DNA of 63,496 bases, counting the filler, from Octopus bimaculoides (taxonomy: Eukaryota): assembly GCF_001194135.2 (NCBI RefSeq). It is 4 parts of 4 records of this genome, joined end to end, with 100 filler letters (N's around TTAATTAATTAA, not from the genome) between each part and the next. Parts side by side here need not be neighbours in the genome. Positions count along the whole stretch, not along the records: positions 1 to 30,743 come from NC_068982.1; positions 30,844 to 49,231 come from NC_068986.1; 2 more parts are not named here. The stretch is one strand, 5' to 3'. Position 1 is the stretch's first letter. Each line of letters begins with the position of its first letter. The notes beneath the pieces are model-generated. The model ran no database searches, was not told the origin of the DNA, and saw nothing but the letters and a program-made list of their open reading frames with translations. Below, one piece after another: positions 26,367 to 37,345 of this stretch. Made by a program: the position numbers and the translations under genes.

Positions 26367-26500
26367 ACTCATTATAGCTGGGTAGATTGGAGTAACGTGA
26401 AATGAAGTGCATTGCTCAAGACAATTCTCTTCCCGCCTATCAATCGAACCTACGATTATATGATTGTGAGCTGAACATCCTAATCACTAAGCAACGCAGC
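26367..26500 (-). mobile_element. SINE family C, diverged
   Basis: GGAGTAACGTGAAATGAAGTGCATTGCTCAAGAC...ATCGAACCTACG. Confidence 0.65.
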
Positions 26501-26519
26501 ATCACGAAATGTACATCCA

Positions 26520-26690
26520 GCTGTCACTGGCGAGCCGGTCTAGCTTGGTCATGTATACCCGTGAATATGGAATTAATGGTAAACCTATTGGGTTATTACT
26601 GAAAGCTTTATCCAAAAGATCTGAAAGCGTAGTCTGTGTTGTATCTGTATGGGAAAATAGTTGCTCATCTGCTACTCATTGAAACGTGAA
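26520..26690 (+). mobile_element. Possible CR1/L2-type RT fragment
   Basis: YGINGKPIGLLLKALSKRSESVVCV resembles YGI.G..L.W+..FLS.R.Q.V.V; short. Confidence 0.3.
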
Positions 26691-26712
26691 AGAAATTGGA
26701 ATACGATTATTA

Positions 26713-26785
26713 CTTCTTCTTTTATTCTTTTACTGGTTTCAGTCATTTGACTGCGGCCATATTGGAGCACCATCTGCACCGCCTG
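26713..26785 (-). mobile_element. SINE family B 3' tail (5'-truncated)
   Basis: Minus strand GGTGCTCCAATATGGCCGCAGTCAAATGACTGAAACCAGTAAAAGA. Confidence 0.8.
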
Positions 26786-26799
26786 AAAAAATTATGAGC

Positions 26800-26865
26800 C
26801 TTGCCGGAGGGGAATTGAACCCCGGTCTCTCGCATGACAGGCGGAGATATATACTTTAGGCATAA
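26800..26865 (-). pseudogene. tRNA-Asp(GTC) pseudogene lacking most of the D-loop
   Basis: Minus strand TATCTCCGCCTGTCATGCGAGAGACCGGGTTCAATTCCCCTCCGGCAAG versus canonical TATCCCCGCCTGTCACGCGGGAGACCGGGGTTCAATTCCCCGTCGGGGAG; GTC anticodon; T6 run 8 nt downstream. Confidence 0.75.
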
Positions 26866-27286
26866 TTTTATAGACTTAAAACACAGCACTCATAAAATAA
26901 ATATTCACTCTTATTTTTCCATTTTTTCCCATAAAGAAAGAAGTATATCTCGTACATATGATACGACCATTAGTTAAATTGCATATATCTACCACGTAAA
27001 TAAGCGTGAATATTTCACAGAACTGCACTTAAACGCATGCGTTAAGTGATAGATGATGTAAAAACCTTAGTTAAAAAAAAAAGTACTTTTCACTATCCGC
27101 TACCTCCACTACCACCACCACCATCTCTCTCGCTCCTCTCTCTCTCACTCTCGTCCCTCTCTCTCTCTCCATCTTCTGTCTCCCCCTCTCTCTCCCTTTC
27201 TTTAACCTCCCCATCAGAACATCACCTCTCTGCTAAAATTATATTTCTAACCCTCCTCTATATCACTAACTTGAACGTTTTTAACC

Positions 27287-27470
27287 TTGTTAGCACGCCG
27301 GGCAAAATTCTAAGTGACATTTCGTCTGTTTTCACGTTCTGACTTCAAATGCCACCGGGGTCGACTTTGCCTTTCAGGGTCGATAAAATAAGTACCAATT
27401 GAAAACTCGGGTCGATGTAATCGACTTAACCCCTCCCCGAAACTGCTAACCCTGTGCCATAATTTGAAAA
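27287..27470 (+). mobile_element. SINE family A (5'-clipped)
   Basis: TTAGCACGCCGGGCAAAAT...GGGGTCGACTTTGCCTTTC...GTCGATAAAATAAGTACC. Confidence 0.8.
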
Positions 27471-27734
27471 TAGTATGTAATATGCTTTTGTAAATTGTTT
27501 CAGATACGTAAGTAGCCGTGAGCAGTCATAGAAACTCTTGATTCTCTCACACTTGACTCAATAAAACATCCAGGAGGTGACAGCTGGAGAGGAAAGAGAA
27601 GTCTGTTCAATATTAAGCTGATATTCATTTACAGTTGAGTAGAATGAAGCAGCATCATCAGCTTTAAAATCACTCAATACAATCTAGAAAGACAAAACTT
27701 GTAACAAGACTATCAAATGAAAAATCTCGAAGAT

Positions 27735-28195
27735 ATTAGTTTGGCCTGTTGCACTGGATGTGAAAGCTTGAGCCTAAGAGCAAAGGACACGGTCAAACTC
27801 AAAGCACTTGGAACAACATGTTACAAAAGAGTACTAAGGATCAGCTGGGACGATCATCAAACAAACAAGTCTGTACTGGAGGAAATAAGAACGGAAAGAG
27901 AACTGTTGGCAACTAGCAGGAAGAGAAAGCTGCAATACTTTGGGTGTGTTGTCAGGGTCCAGAACCTCATCACTCATATTCTAGAAAAAAAAGAGTCAAT
28001 GGGAAATGAAGACTTGGGGATTAGAAAAGATACTAGCTGGACAATATAGGATGGCCTAGAAGACGTTTGACTGAATGCACAACCATGGACAGAAGCAGGA
28101 ATCGATGGAGAGTGAGAGTGATGGTGCAAGCATCTAAGTCCCTGATCCTTCAGCATTGAGAATGGGAGTCGGCAAGGCAAGGCAAGAGTGAAGCA
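27735..28195 (+). mobile_element. RTE-clade LINE 3' fragment
   Basis: GCESLSL...KLKALGTTCYKRVLRISWDDHQTNKSVLEEI...RKLQYFG.V matches the RTE ORF C-terminus. Confidence 0.8.
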
Positions 28196-28605
28196 ACGTG
28201 ATATGCAGCGCATTCCCTAAGGTCATAAAGTGCCAATGATGACCTTATAAATGTGAACTTAACACTCTGACCACTAGGCCATGAGGCAGATATAAACATA
28301 TTGTGTCATGTAAATCATAGGCTGGGCTTCCTTTCCCAGAAATATCTCAACATTGATTAGTTGCTACCTCATTAAACACACGCATGCGCATACACACGCA
28401 CACGCACACACTCCTATATACACACACATACACATACACTCAAATATGCTGAAAAGTGCAGTATTGTTCGTGAATCTGATACAGTTCTACAACCCCACCA
28501 TCATGAAGATTATCCGTTCTTTTAATGCAGACGAGAAAATACCATCAGCGAGAGAGGAGTCATTCCTCATCAACATTCCATTTCAGATTGAATTTTCCTC
28601 CTTCC

Positions 28606-28646
<41 letters not shown>

Positions 28647-28664
28647 ACTCTGTCNNNNNNNNNN

Positions 28665-28706
<42 letters not shown>

Positions 28707-28858
28707 ACTCTGTCAGTGTGTCCCTCTCTCTCTCTCTTTCTCTCTCTTCTAATGTTACTACTACTACTATTTCTACAACCATTACTACTGTCATTATCAA
28801 CACCACTACCACTATTATTATTGTTATTATTATTATTATTATTATTAGNNNNNNNNNN

Positions 28859-28895
<37 letters not shown>

Positions 28896-29335
28896 TTGTT
28901 ATTATTATTATTTCTGTTACTACAACTACTACTGCTACTACTAAGATTACTAGTACTACGATTACTATTGTTGACACCACAATTACATAAGCTGCATATA
29001 TGCCATTCCTAGTTAAACACACACTCTCGGTTGTACACCCTCCCCCTACATCCAATCAATCCCTTCAGATTCCTTGTAATCACTTTACTAAATAACATTG
29101 TATCCCAATATTTTATCTCTTTCTAACACGACTATCCCTTCACACTGTTCATTCATTAACTAAATTGTATTTCCTTTAATTAAAAAAATTAATCTATTAA
29201 CCTCGCTCTGTTATCAAGATCCTACAGCCTAGAAAGCCTAAAAATCTAACAAGGTGCCACCGAAATTAATTGTTACCAGAGTATCAAAAAATTGCCGTGC
29301 GGTAGTAAGAAACATGTAAGTGTTTCAGCCCTTAC

Positions 29336-29498
29336 CTCTAATAGGAGCTGCATCCAAGTCATGATTCTAGGATGTACGCCTACTGTCACATTTTGTGTAG
29401 TGTTTACATTGCAACCTTCCTGTTTGATTAAGCCAAGGTTACAGTCATACGGATGGGAGACCGAGTGCCATAGGCTAGAGAATCGGATGAACATATGT
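29336..29498 (-). CDS. Candidate exon of an unidentified gene (163 nt, one open frame)
   Basis: Poly-T + CTAACAG acceptor, GAG|GTAAGG donor; open frame HMFIRFSSLWHSVSHPYDCNLGLIKQEGCNVNTTQNVTVGVHPRIMTWMQLLLE; no family recognised. Confidence 0.25.
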
Positions 29499-30234
29499 CT
29501 GTTAGGTAAAAAAAAAAAAAAGTGTTACTAATAATAAAATATTGAAAACAAACCAAAATGTCACAGTCAGCACAAACTTGGGAAAAGTTACTTACGGTAA
29601 GTCAGTAGATATGTAAGGAGGTCACATCCTCTCATTATATATCGCCCTTCTCAGCATTCATAACCCACATTTGATGTATCTTACATTATTTAATGACTGT
29701 ATTACTTTTAAGAAACATTTTAAAATTATCAAAATGAAGAATTCTCTGAGATCGATGAAAGGAATGCAAACAAAATTTCACCTGTCTGTCAGCTATTTGC
29801 AATGAGTGGGTGACGACATAACCATAGCGATGGTGCACCCCACTGGTGGATAATCGCAGTAACGCAATATATCATAGCCTGAAATATGAGTTTTACATTC
29901 TGCATGGCAATTCTCTTGACCAAAAACATGAACAGTTATACAGTTAACCTAAAAGAAGATGAAGTTGGAATACAGTCTCCCATAACGTAGTTTATTTATG
30001 ACAAATTTACGGTTTCATACTTTATTCCAATATACTCTCACAATGTTGTATTTACATGCACAAAATCATACATTTTTCGTACTAAACCACTTTAAAATAT
30101 CTTTCCATAGCTGAGTGATAAAACATACCAATTTTTTTTTCTACAAAATGTACGTCTTATACCCAGCAATGATTAAGCTATTTATTTTGTATCATTATAG
30201 CTTAGAAAAGAAGAAGTGGCTATTCTTTATTTTT

Positions 30235-30480
30235 CTTATATTTCTTTCAGTCGTTGGACTGCGCCCGTGCTGGAGCAACGCCTTGAAGAATTTAGGTCGA
30301 ACAAATTGACACCCAGTGTTTATTTTAAGCCTGCTAATTATTTTATTGGATCTCTTTTTTTTTCCGAAGCGCAAAATTACTGGGACGCAAACATACGTAT
30401 ATCGGTTGTCAAGCAGATGGGGGGTGGGGCAACACAAAGACGCAGGTGCACGCAAAAACACACACACTTACACACATACA
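30235..30480 (-). mobile_element. SINE family B 3' half
   Basis: GACTGCGCCCGTGCTGGAGCAACGCCTTG...GTCGAACAAAT...CGGTTGTCAAGC in reverse orientation. Confidence 0.75.
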
Positions 30481-30540
30481 TGCATACAGATACACATACA
30501 CTCACACATATATATGCATGTACATATGTATATATATAAG

Positions 30541-30660
30541 ATAGGGTGCTGAAAAGTTTTGGGCTTTCAGGGTGTAATGAAAGGCCTGGCTGAAGGCCCA
30601 ACTTTCCAAGTTCTTTGACAAGGCTTAGAATAAAACTGAAGGAACTTTTCAGCACCATCG
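30541..30660. mobile_element. Mini mariner MITE (same family as 3568-4018)
   Basis: GGTGCTGAAAAGTT / GGAACTTTTCAGCACC inverted ends, TA at the right end; internal GAAAGGCCTGG shared in opposite orientation. Confidence 0.8.
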
Positions 30661-30843
30661 TATATTCTTTTATATTTGTGCCTAGTAATATAATTGTGTA
30701 TGTATGTACATCTAAGTGTGTGTGTATATATATATATATATATNNNNNNNNNNNNNNNNNNNNNNNNNNNNNNNNNNNNNNNNNNNNTTAATTAATTAAN
30801 NNNNNNNNNNNNNNNNNNNNNNNNNNNNNNNNNNNNNNNNNNN

Positions 30844-30883
<40 letters not shown>

Positions 30884-31033
30884 GCTAAATCCGTACCGAG
30901 AGACGTTTTGAATACTTCGTAGTTATCTAGTCTAGTTTATCTGTGTTTTTTCTTTGCCGATTCTTCGAATATTTTGTTTGCATATCCTATTTGTTATTAG
31001 TCACTTCTCTGCTTCAAGCAAACACAAAGAAAA

Positions 31034-31094
<61 letters not shown>

Positions 31095-31532
31095 TGGTGT
31101 TGTTGTTGCTGTTTTTTTTTGTGACTGCAGTATTAGCAATAACAAGAACATGAACAATTTATTCTTTATTCAACCCAAGAGCTAGGAGAGATGCATAAAT
31201 CTAAGAACAGAAAGTTAAACACGGTGCTTAGAAAGCCGTATATTTGGGATTCGTAAGTCGTACAAACACAACGGAAGGGTGAAAAACGTTTAACATTGTA
31301 TAACTGGACTGAAGAAAAAATTATTCGTTAAATCAATAATTAATACAATTAATTTAGATAGAAATTAGTATGTTCATCAAAATATCCCAAGTTCCTAATA
31401 TCACCGTGTATTCTTGATAGTTGTTTACAAAATTTTCTGCTAGAGCATCTTGTCTCCTAGTAGGCAAATGTCCATGTGTACATGTGAGTGTTTGTGTGTA
31501 TGTGTGTTCATGTGTGTGTGTGTTTGTTTGTT

Positions 31533-31621
<89 letters not shown>

Positions 31622-31699
31622 GAGATCGAGGCTGAGTGAGATAGTATGTATAAAAAGGAATAAATAGGTTGAGCACATCATAGTGAAAATCTGTAATAT

Positions 31700-33450
31700 A
31701 TGTTTTTTGGGAGAACAAATTCAAGAAAGAAGCATGACAAATAACTAGAAATGAGATGATTCTGTTTGAAGATTGTATATAGTTCTGCTTGAAGATTGCA
31801 AAATCCTTTTCAAAATTAAAATACATTTTATATTTTCCATCTATCATCGTGCTGAAAAGGTTTTCAAAGGACTATCTCAAACATTACGGTGTCATCTCTT
31901 TTACCAACTACACCTTTCCACACTAGCGCTTCGCAGTAACCTATTCAACATTGTCTTAATGGCTGGGTGGCTATAAAAATTACTTTAGAAAAAAGGAGGG
32001 TCATCAGATTTCTTATAAACAGTTTTTATTGAATTAATTGGTTTAAGCTGTTTATGAAATCTTTCTGAGACCTGAAAAGGTGGGTCCCTCGTTTTTACTA
32101 ACAAAATTGCTATGGTTCATCAATTTCTCAGAATACTAATATGTTCAATAGATCTTCATGTTCACAAATAATTTAAATGATTGACGAATATCACCTATGA
32201 ATCTAAAACGAAATTGAACTGTATGTTGTTTGTTTTTTAACGACCAGAATTATATTATGATCCATTCGACAAGATTTACCATCATAGCCAATGATTAACA
32301 GTTTCACAGAAAAATGTTTGAAATGTCATAAGTACATTCGAACATAATTATTGTTATGTCCTGGCATACCTGACCAACAACGCTTAGATTCACAGAAATA
32401 GTCAAGAACAATCAAAACAGTCGGCCATTATTTTACCGATACGGCGAGATTTAATAGTAATTATGTCGAAGTCGAGCTGAAAATGTTTTCAAAGGAGTAT
32501 CTCAAACATAATGGTGTAATCTCTTTTTCCAACTACACCTTTACAGACTAGCACTTTGCAGTACCCTACTTGAGAGAAGGTTTACTTACAAACCTGAAAA
32601 TGAAGCAGATCATATTCTTAAGATTCTGTGTTTAATAGTATTGTTTTAAATGTGTTACGAGGGAAAGTGCAACATTCTGATTTCTTGGAAACCTGGCCAC
32701 TAAAATTAATGCAACAAGTTACAAAGACTGAGTCCTGAATCTATCTCAAGTATTCATCAGCACGCTTTTTGATCAAGGTGTAATATATATTTTTCAGAAA
32801 CAAATTCAAGAAAAATATCATTTAAGCATCTTTCTTATTGTTATCATCTTGTTATCATCTTTCTTATTGTTATTGTCATCATTTTGGATATTTTCTATAT
32901 TTTCAGAATGATGTGCTGTGTCATCATTCGAATTGTCTTCAACCGTAGACGAACTGAAGTGCATAGCATAACAAATGTATGAATAAAGAATGTTTCATAA
33001 CCAGTTAATCATTTGCAATTCTCTGGGTGTCTGCATCGAGACAATCTATCAACTTGCTGCAAATAATTGAATGATTTTTCATATATTTATATATTTCATA
33101 CATTTCTACTATTGATCTCTATAGCTCTAACAACTTACCTTGAATTTATAAATTTCCTTCCAGTGTGCATGTTTTTTTAAGATTTTAAGATCAAGTGTGC
33201 ATGGTTTTTTTAAAACGTTTCAGCCTATCTACATTTCTAACTTCCCTTTATGCCATGCGTTACGGAATACTACATATATCTGGTGAATATGTCCGATATT
33301 ATACATAAACCTCCTATAGGTTACCTCAAAATGCGACAAAATATTCTTCCATTTGTGTACTGCCACCAGCTGATATACGGTTCAGCTGACAGGGTTGGAT
33401 TCGAATACATTTTGCTCTCACTATAACATTTTCTAGTGTGCATTTTTAAT
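31700..33450 (+). pseudogene. Decayed LRR-containing GPCR (GRL101/RXFP-like, type C LGR): LRRs, hinge, TM1-TM5
   Basis: LRR-like pieces (EKVFKGLS, LSTLALRSN, VLNLSQVFISTL); hinge FRMMCC...NCLQP/VDELKC (32905-32962, frameshifted); then in one frame AILWVSA..SINLLQII (TM1), ISYISTIDL (TM2), VCMVFLKRFSLSTFL...MRYGIL (TM3), KYSSICVLP...GW (ECL2). Many stops. Confidence 0.6.
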
Positions 33451-33479
33451 AAGCTCTAGCGTTAAGCCAAAATTAACCG

Positions 33480-34900
33480 TTTTACCATAAAAGCAGTGGC
33501 TCGTCTCTCTCTAATATCTCAGCTAAAATTTCCATTCAAAATCCATTACTCTGCTTGTCTGATCGGGTCCTGGAAATTCAATATTCCATCACTGGTTTCT
33601 CTTTGAACTTCGGCTCTCGTTCTGTGTGCAAAATTGAGATTAATTTCCTCTTTTCACTTAACTAAGATTTCATGATGAACTCGTTCAACTGCCATGATTA
33701 ATGCACATTCCAAAACTCAATAAGGAACATGCCTACATCACAAAGACAGGATAGTGATCTATGATGAGACAAAAAGCCATAATTTGGATAAGTGATACTA
33801 CATTTTGTAATATGGTACTGTGTAAGTGATCTTCAAACAAGCAACTAATACAGACATGAGAGATAATATTTGAGTGTAACGATCACTCGCTGCATGAATT
33901 TGCTGGATCATATCAAAGATGCAATAAAGCAAAATTTCAGCTACTTTATCTACCACTTATATCGCTTTCTGATTCAAAGATGTTGTGGTCTTCGTTATTT
34001 TCTTCAATGAAGAATTTCCTTTTCGGTAATTGTCACTTAGAGAACTCTCCGTATATCGACGCAGTAAATTGGCACTAATATCTTTACAAATCAATTTCCT
34101 CACCATTAATCATTAATATTTTGTTCCCTCTGATATACTTTCAATATTCCTATCACTAACAAAAACTTAACCGTTAGCTGCACTTTGATTGCATCATATC
34201 AAGCATAATTCCTTAGCATGGATTTTATGCAACATTCAGATTTCAAATACTGTATATTTTCTCCCTTCTTGCTGTGATATCTCTTGCATTTCAAAATTCA
34301 GCTTTGAGATGTTTTCCTTTGTATATTTCTGCAACCGATGCTAGAAATATTGATCATAATAGATTTAGTGGGGAAGTGCAGTATTTCAAGTACTGTGCTG
34401 ACGAGCTCTTTCAGCTTCATATCTTTCTTCAGTTTATTGTCCAGTGTTATTCTCCTTCCACAATCAAGTAACACACTCGCAGTCGTTGGGACATACAATT
34501 TCAATGATTGCTTCGTCATACATGACGTACTTTCTCCTTCAGTCATCCACAGTTTTTCAGTTTTTGTTCTGGTACATTTGGCTTCTCTTCCAACGATTAC
34601 CAGAAAATTTAATATTATTCTAATGCTTAATATACTATCAATTGTATTAATTTTCATTTCGTCCACTGCTACATCATTCTCTTGGTCAAACTCTTCGTCT
34701 TATTCACTTAACGTGACATACGAAGTAACATTTCGTATATTCTTTTATATATTGGTGCTTGAGTAGGAGACATACACAAAAACAGTAAACATATTTCAAA
34801 ATTATTAAAAATATCTAGCCATATATATTTTTATGTCAGAGCCATTAAGCAAAAGAACTTCAGATAAAGTATTAAATGGCAAATATGTGACATCTATAGT
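33480..34900 (-). pseudogene. Second decayed GRL101-like fragment: signal-peptide-like start, LDLa, LRRNT, LRRs
   Basis: FVCHVK*IRRRV*PRE*CSSGRNEN (LDLa-like), YDEAIIEIVCPNDCEC (34473-34493; DE-x6-CPxxCxC), LEILHF, NIESISEG, KDISANLL, SLHSNIISHV, QNVVSLIQIMAF; shares nucleotide similarity (GCAGAAATATACAAAGGA..ATCTCAAA) with the + copy LRR unit. Confidence 0.55.
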
Positions 34901-35398
34901 AAACAAGAATATCACGAGAAAAGAGGCCAGTCGTCTGTGTATTAAAATAAAACAATATTTAATATAATTTTGAAATTTACATTTCAATTTAAATCGTTAT
35001 TGGAATATAGATACATTCATAAACAGAGATACACAAATACATCCAGGCACACTCTTGATTTGATACACATTTGATATGCTTCATGTGTACTCCAAAGAGG
35101 GACTAGTTTCGGTGAAATTCTATGTACTAGAATTACTTAACAAATACACATAAAACTACGAATTACTTGAAGCCGCGGCGCAAGTCTATACATAGAACGA
35201 ACACGCTCATAACAGGCTGTTCGAAAACTATGTTATGTAACTTGTACATCAATTGCGGGGATAGTGGGAAAAATTACACGAATTTTCTAGGTACAAGCAC
35301 ATTTACAAAAGCGTACACCATAATTCGCATGAGTGCACACGAATATCTCTTTGTAAATGTGTGTCTGTCTATCCATCTGTATATTCCTCTGTGCGTGC

Positions 35399-35450
<52 letters not shown>

Positions 35451-35466
35451 ATAGAAAGATAGATAA

Positions 35467-35499
<33 letters not shown>

Positions 35500-35930
35500 G
35501 AAGAGAGAGATAGAGAAGAGAGAGAGAGAGAGAGGGGCAGAGAGAAAAAGAAAGTGAGGGGTAGATAGATATAAGATATACATATATACGTATGAACGCG
35601 TGTGTGTATGTGTGTGTATGAATTATATTTCATTTTAAGACATAGACAACTAGTCTCGTTTCCCATGTGATATTACTATTTACTCTACATGTCACATAAT
35701 TTGTCATTTATTACTTTATCTGCAGTTCTGTCAGCTTATGGCTCTAAAATGAAAATATTTAAGGCTTCATGCTTTAAATAATTTTTAAATGTATTTATTA
35801 CTTTTGTGTATATCTCCTGCTCGAGCGTCAATACATATAAATATACGAAACGTTAGTTCGTATGTCGCGTTAAGTGAATAAGACAAAGTATCTAGCCAGG
35901 AGAGTGCTACAGTAGCAGAGGAAATGAAAA
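34651..35930. repeat. ~300-bp inverted duplication (arms 34651-34952 and 35628-35930) around a microsatellite-containing spacer
   Basis: Colinear hand alignment, e.g. TTCGTATGTC(A/G)CGTTAAGTGAATAAGAC; roughly three-quarters identical by eye. Confidence 0.9.
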
Positions 35931-36789
35931 CATATATACATACGTTTTGTATCGGGTGAATGAAAGAGTGCTCAATACATGTTTTCTAGGATATGGTTAT
36001 TTTTCAAACTGAAACTAAGAATTTGTCTACCGACTGCACATGACCCCACGTCGATCTGACCTCTAACCTGTTCTCATGACCTATGCACACTACATATCTA
36101 TACAAACATAGCTTTATCATATGCGCACCTAATCTGATTTTGACACAACTGTTTTGTACCCTGTCGTTCATATATAAACATAATTACAGAACCAGACATC
36201 GTAATCCTTAAGTTATTGTTAAAAGTTACGAGCTTAAAATGTTCAAATAGAGTATTATTGTGAACAAGGTTAATTCATTATGGAAAAGGTAAATAAATGT
36301 AAATACGTGTTCGTGTATAAAGTTAATAAAGGACGTGTGTCGATATTGTTTAGAATAAATTTTGAAAAACATGGCTTATCTGACGGCGAATTACTGTAAA
36401 TTAAACCAAAATCAGTGTACTTTAGCATTTATACTGAAAAGCCACCTGATAAATATGACTTCGATTACTCAGAGATAAATACTATTATATTTACTATAAT
36501 AATAACGAAATTATTGAAAAAGAAGGTCTACCTAAATTATATTGTTTATTGAAGATTTAAAATACTTAAAACCTTTAGATCTACAAAAAATAATAACTAG
36601 GACACGTACGAAATTTATGTATTACGTAAATAATGCTATAAACCATTGTAAAAGAATGCACATATTATTCTTGAATTCTTTATTAGTAAAAAGATAGTTA
36701 TATATTCTAAAGCTAATTATATGTATTTAACGCCAATAATCATAACTATAAATTGGTAACTTTTCATGGGTTTAAATAAATATATACAT

Positions 36790-37345
36790 TATCTAAACTT
36801 TTAAAAAGAAATTAATGTATGTCTACAGGCGCAAATTACGTTCATCTTGGGTGTTAATCAATTTTTGATTAGCTAATAATATCTCTTTAAATTCGTTTGT
36901 ACACAATAAGCAAAATTTACTCCCTGTTCTATACAATTTAGCCTTACAAACTATTTCCCATCTTAAATCGTATTTTATTCTTTTAGATTTATGTTCCTAA
37001 ATGTATTTACTAAGGCCTGTAGAATTCATTAAACTTCTGTTCTTAAAAGAATTCAAATGTTGGGTCACTCGTGATTTAATTTTATTGGAAGTCGATTTTA
37101 TGTAAGTAGTATTTGTGTTATCATTATTACTATTATCATTATCATTCAAAATCACTATATGTTTATATACAATGTCCTCAACATTACATTTATTATTAAA
37201 TTTACATTTAGTCTTATCTCTACAATTACAATCAATTGTATTCTGGTCTCCATTGAAGGTTTTATTTAATTTATTATTGTAAAACTTATTTAAATTAAAC
37301 CCGTGAAAAGTTACCAATTTATAGTTATGATTAGTGGCGTTAAAA
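36790..37345 (-). mobile_element. Penelope-like element, GIY-YIG endonuclease fragment (very AT-rich)
   Basis: CNCRDKTKCKFNNKC..DIVYK...TYIKST...KSRVTQHLNSF...TGLSKYI...WEIV.KA..Y..GSKFCLLCTNE. Confidence 0.8.

Noticed and set aside
30788-30799. TTAATTAATTAA between N-runs (also 49277-49288 and 62129-62140)
   Set aside because: An identical 12-mer with stops in all six frames, always inside gaps: an assembly spacer, not biology.
33480-33720. TM6/TM7 of the + strand LGR (AVARLSLI..., VQLP...)
   Set aside because: Weak, needs frameshifts, and overlaps minus-strand LRR-like motifs; not included in the + copy call.
33760-34750. hAT (Buster/SPIN-like) transposase reading of ORF 34298..34666 (EKLWMTEG, C...LKELVSTVLEILHF, LFEDHLHS)
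   Set aside because: Spacing is suggestive, but the CxxH and RW motifs are missing and there are no TIRs/TSD. The same stretch gives CPNDCEC and several LRR signatures plus DNA similarity to the neighbouring LRR region, so an LGR origin is more parsimonious. A search should settle it.
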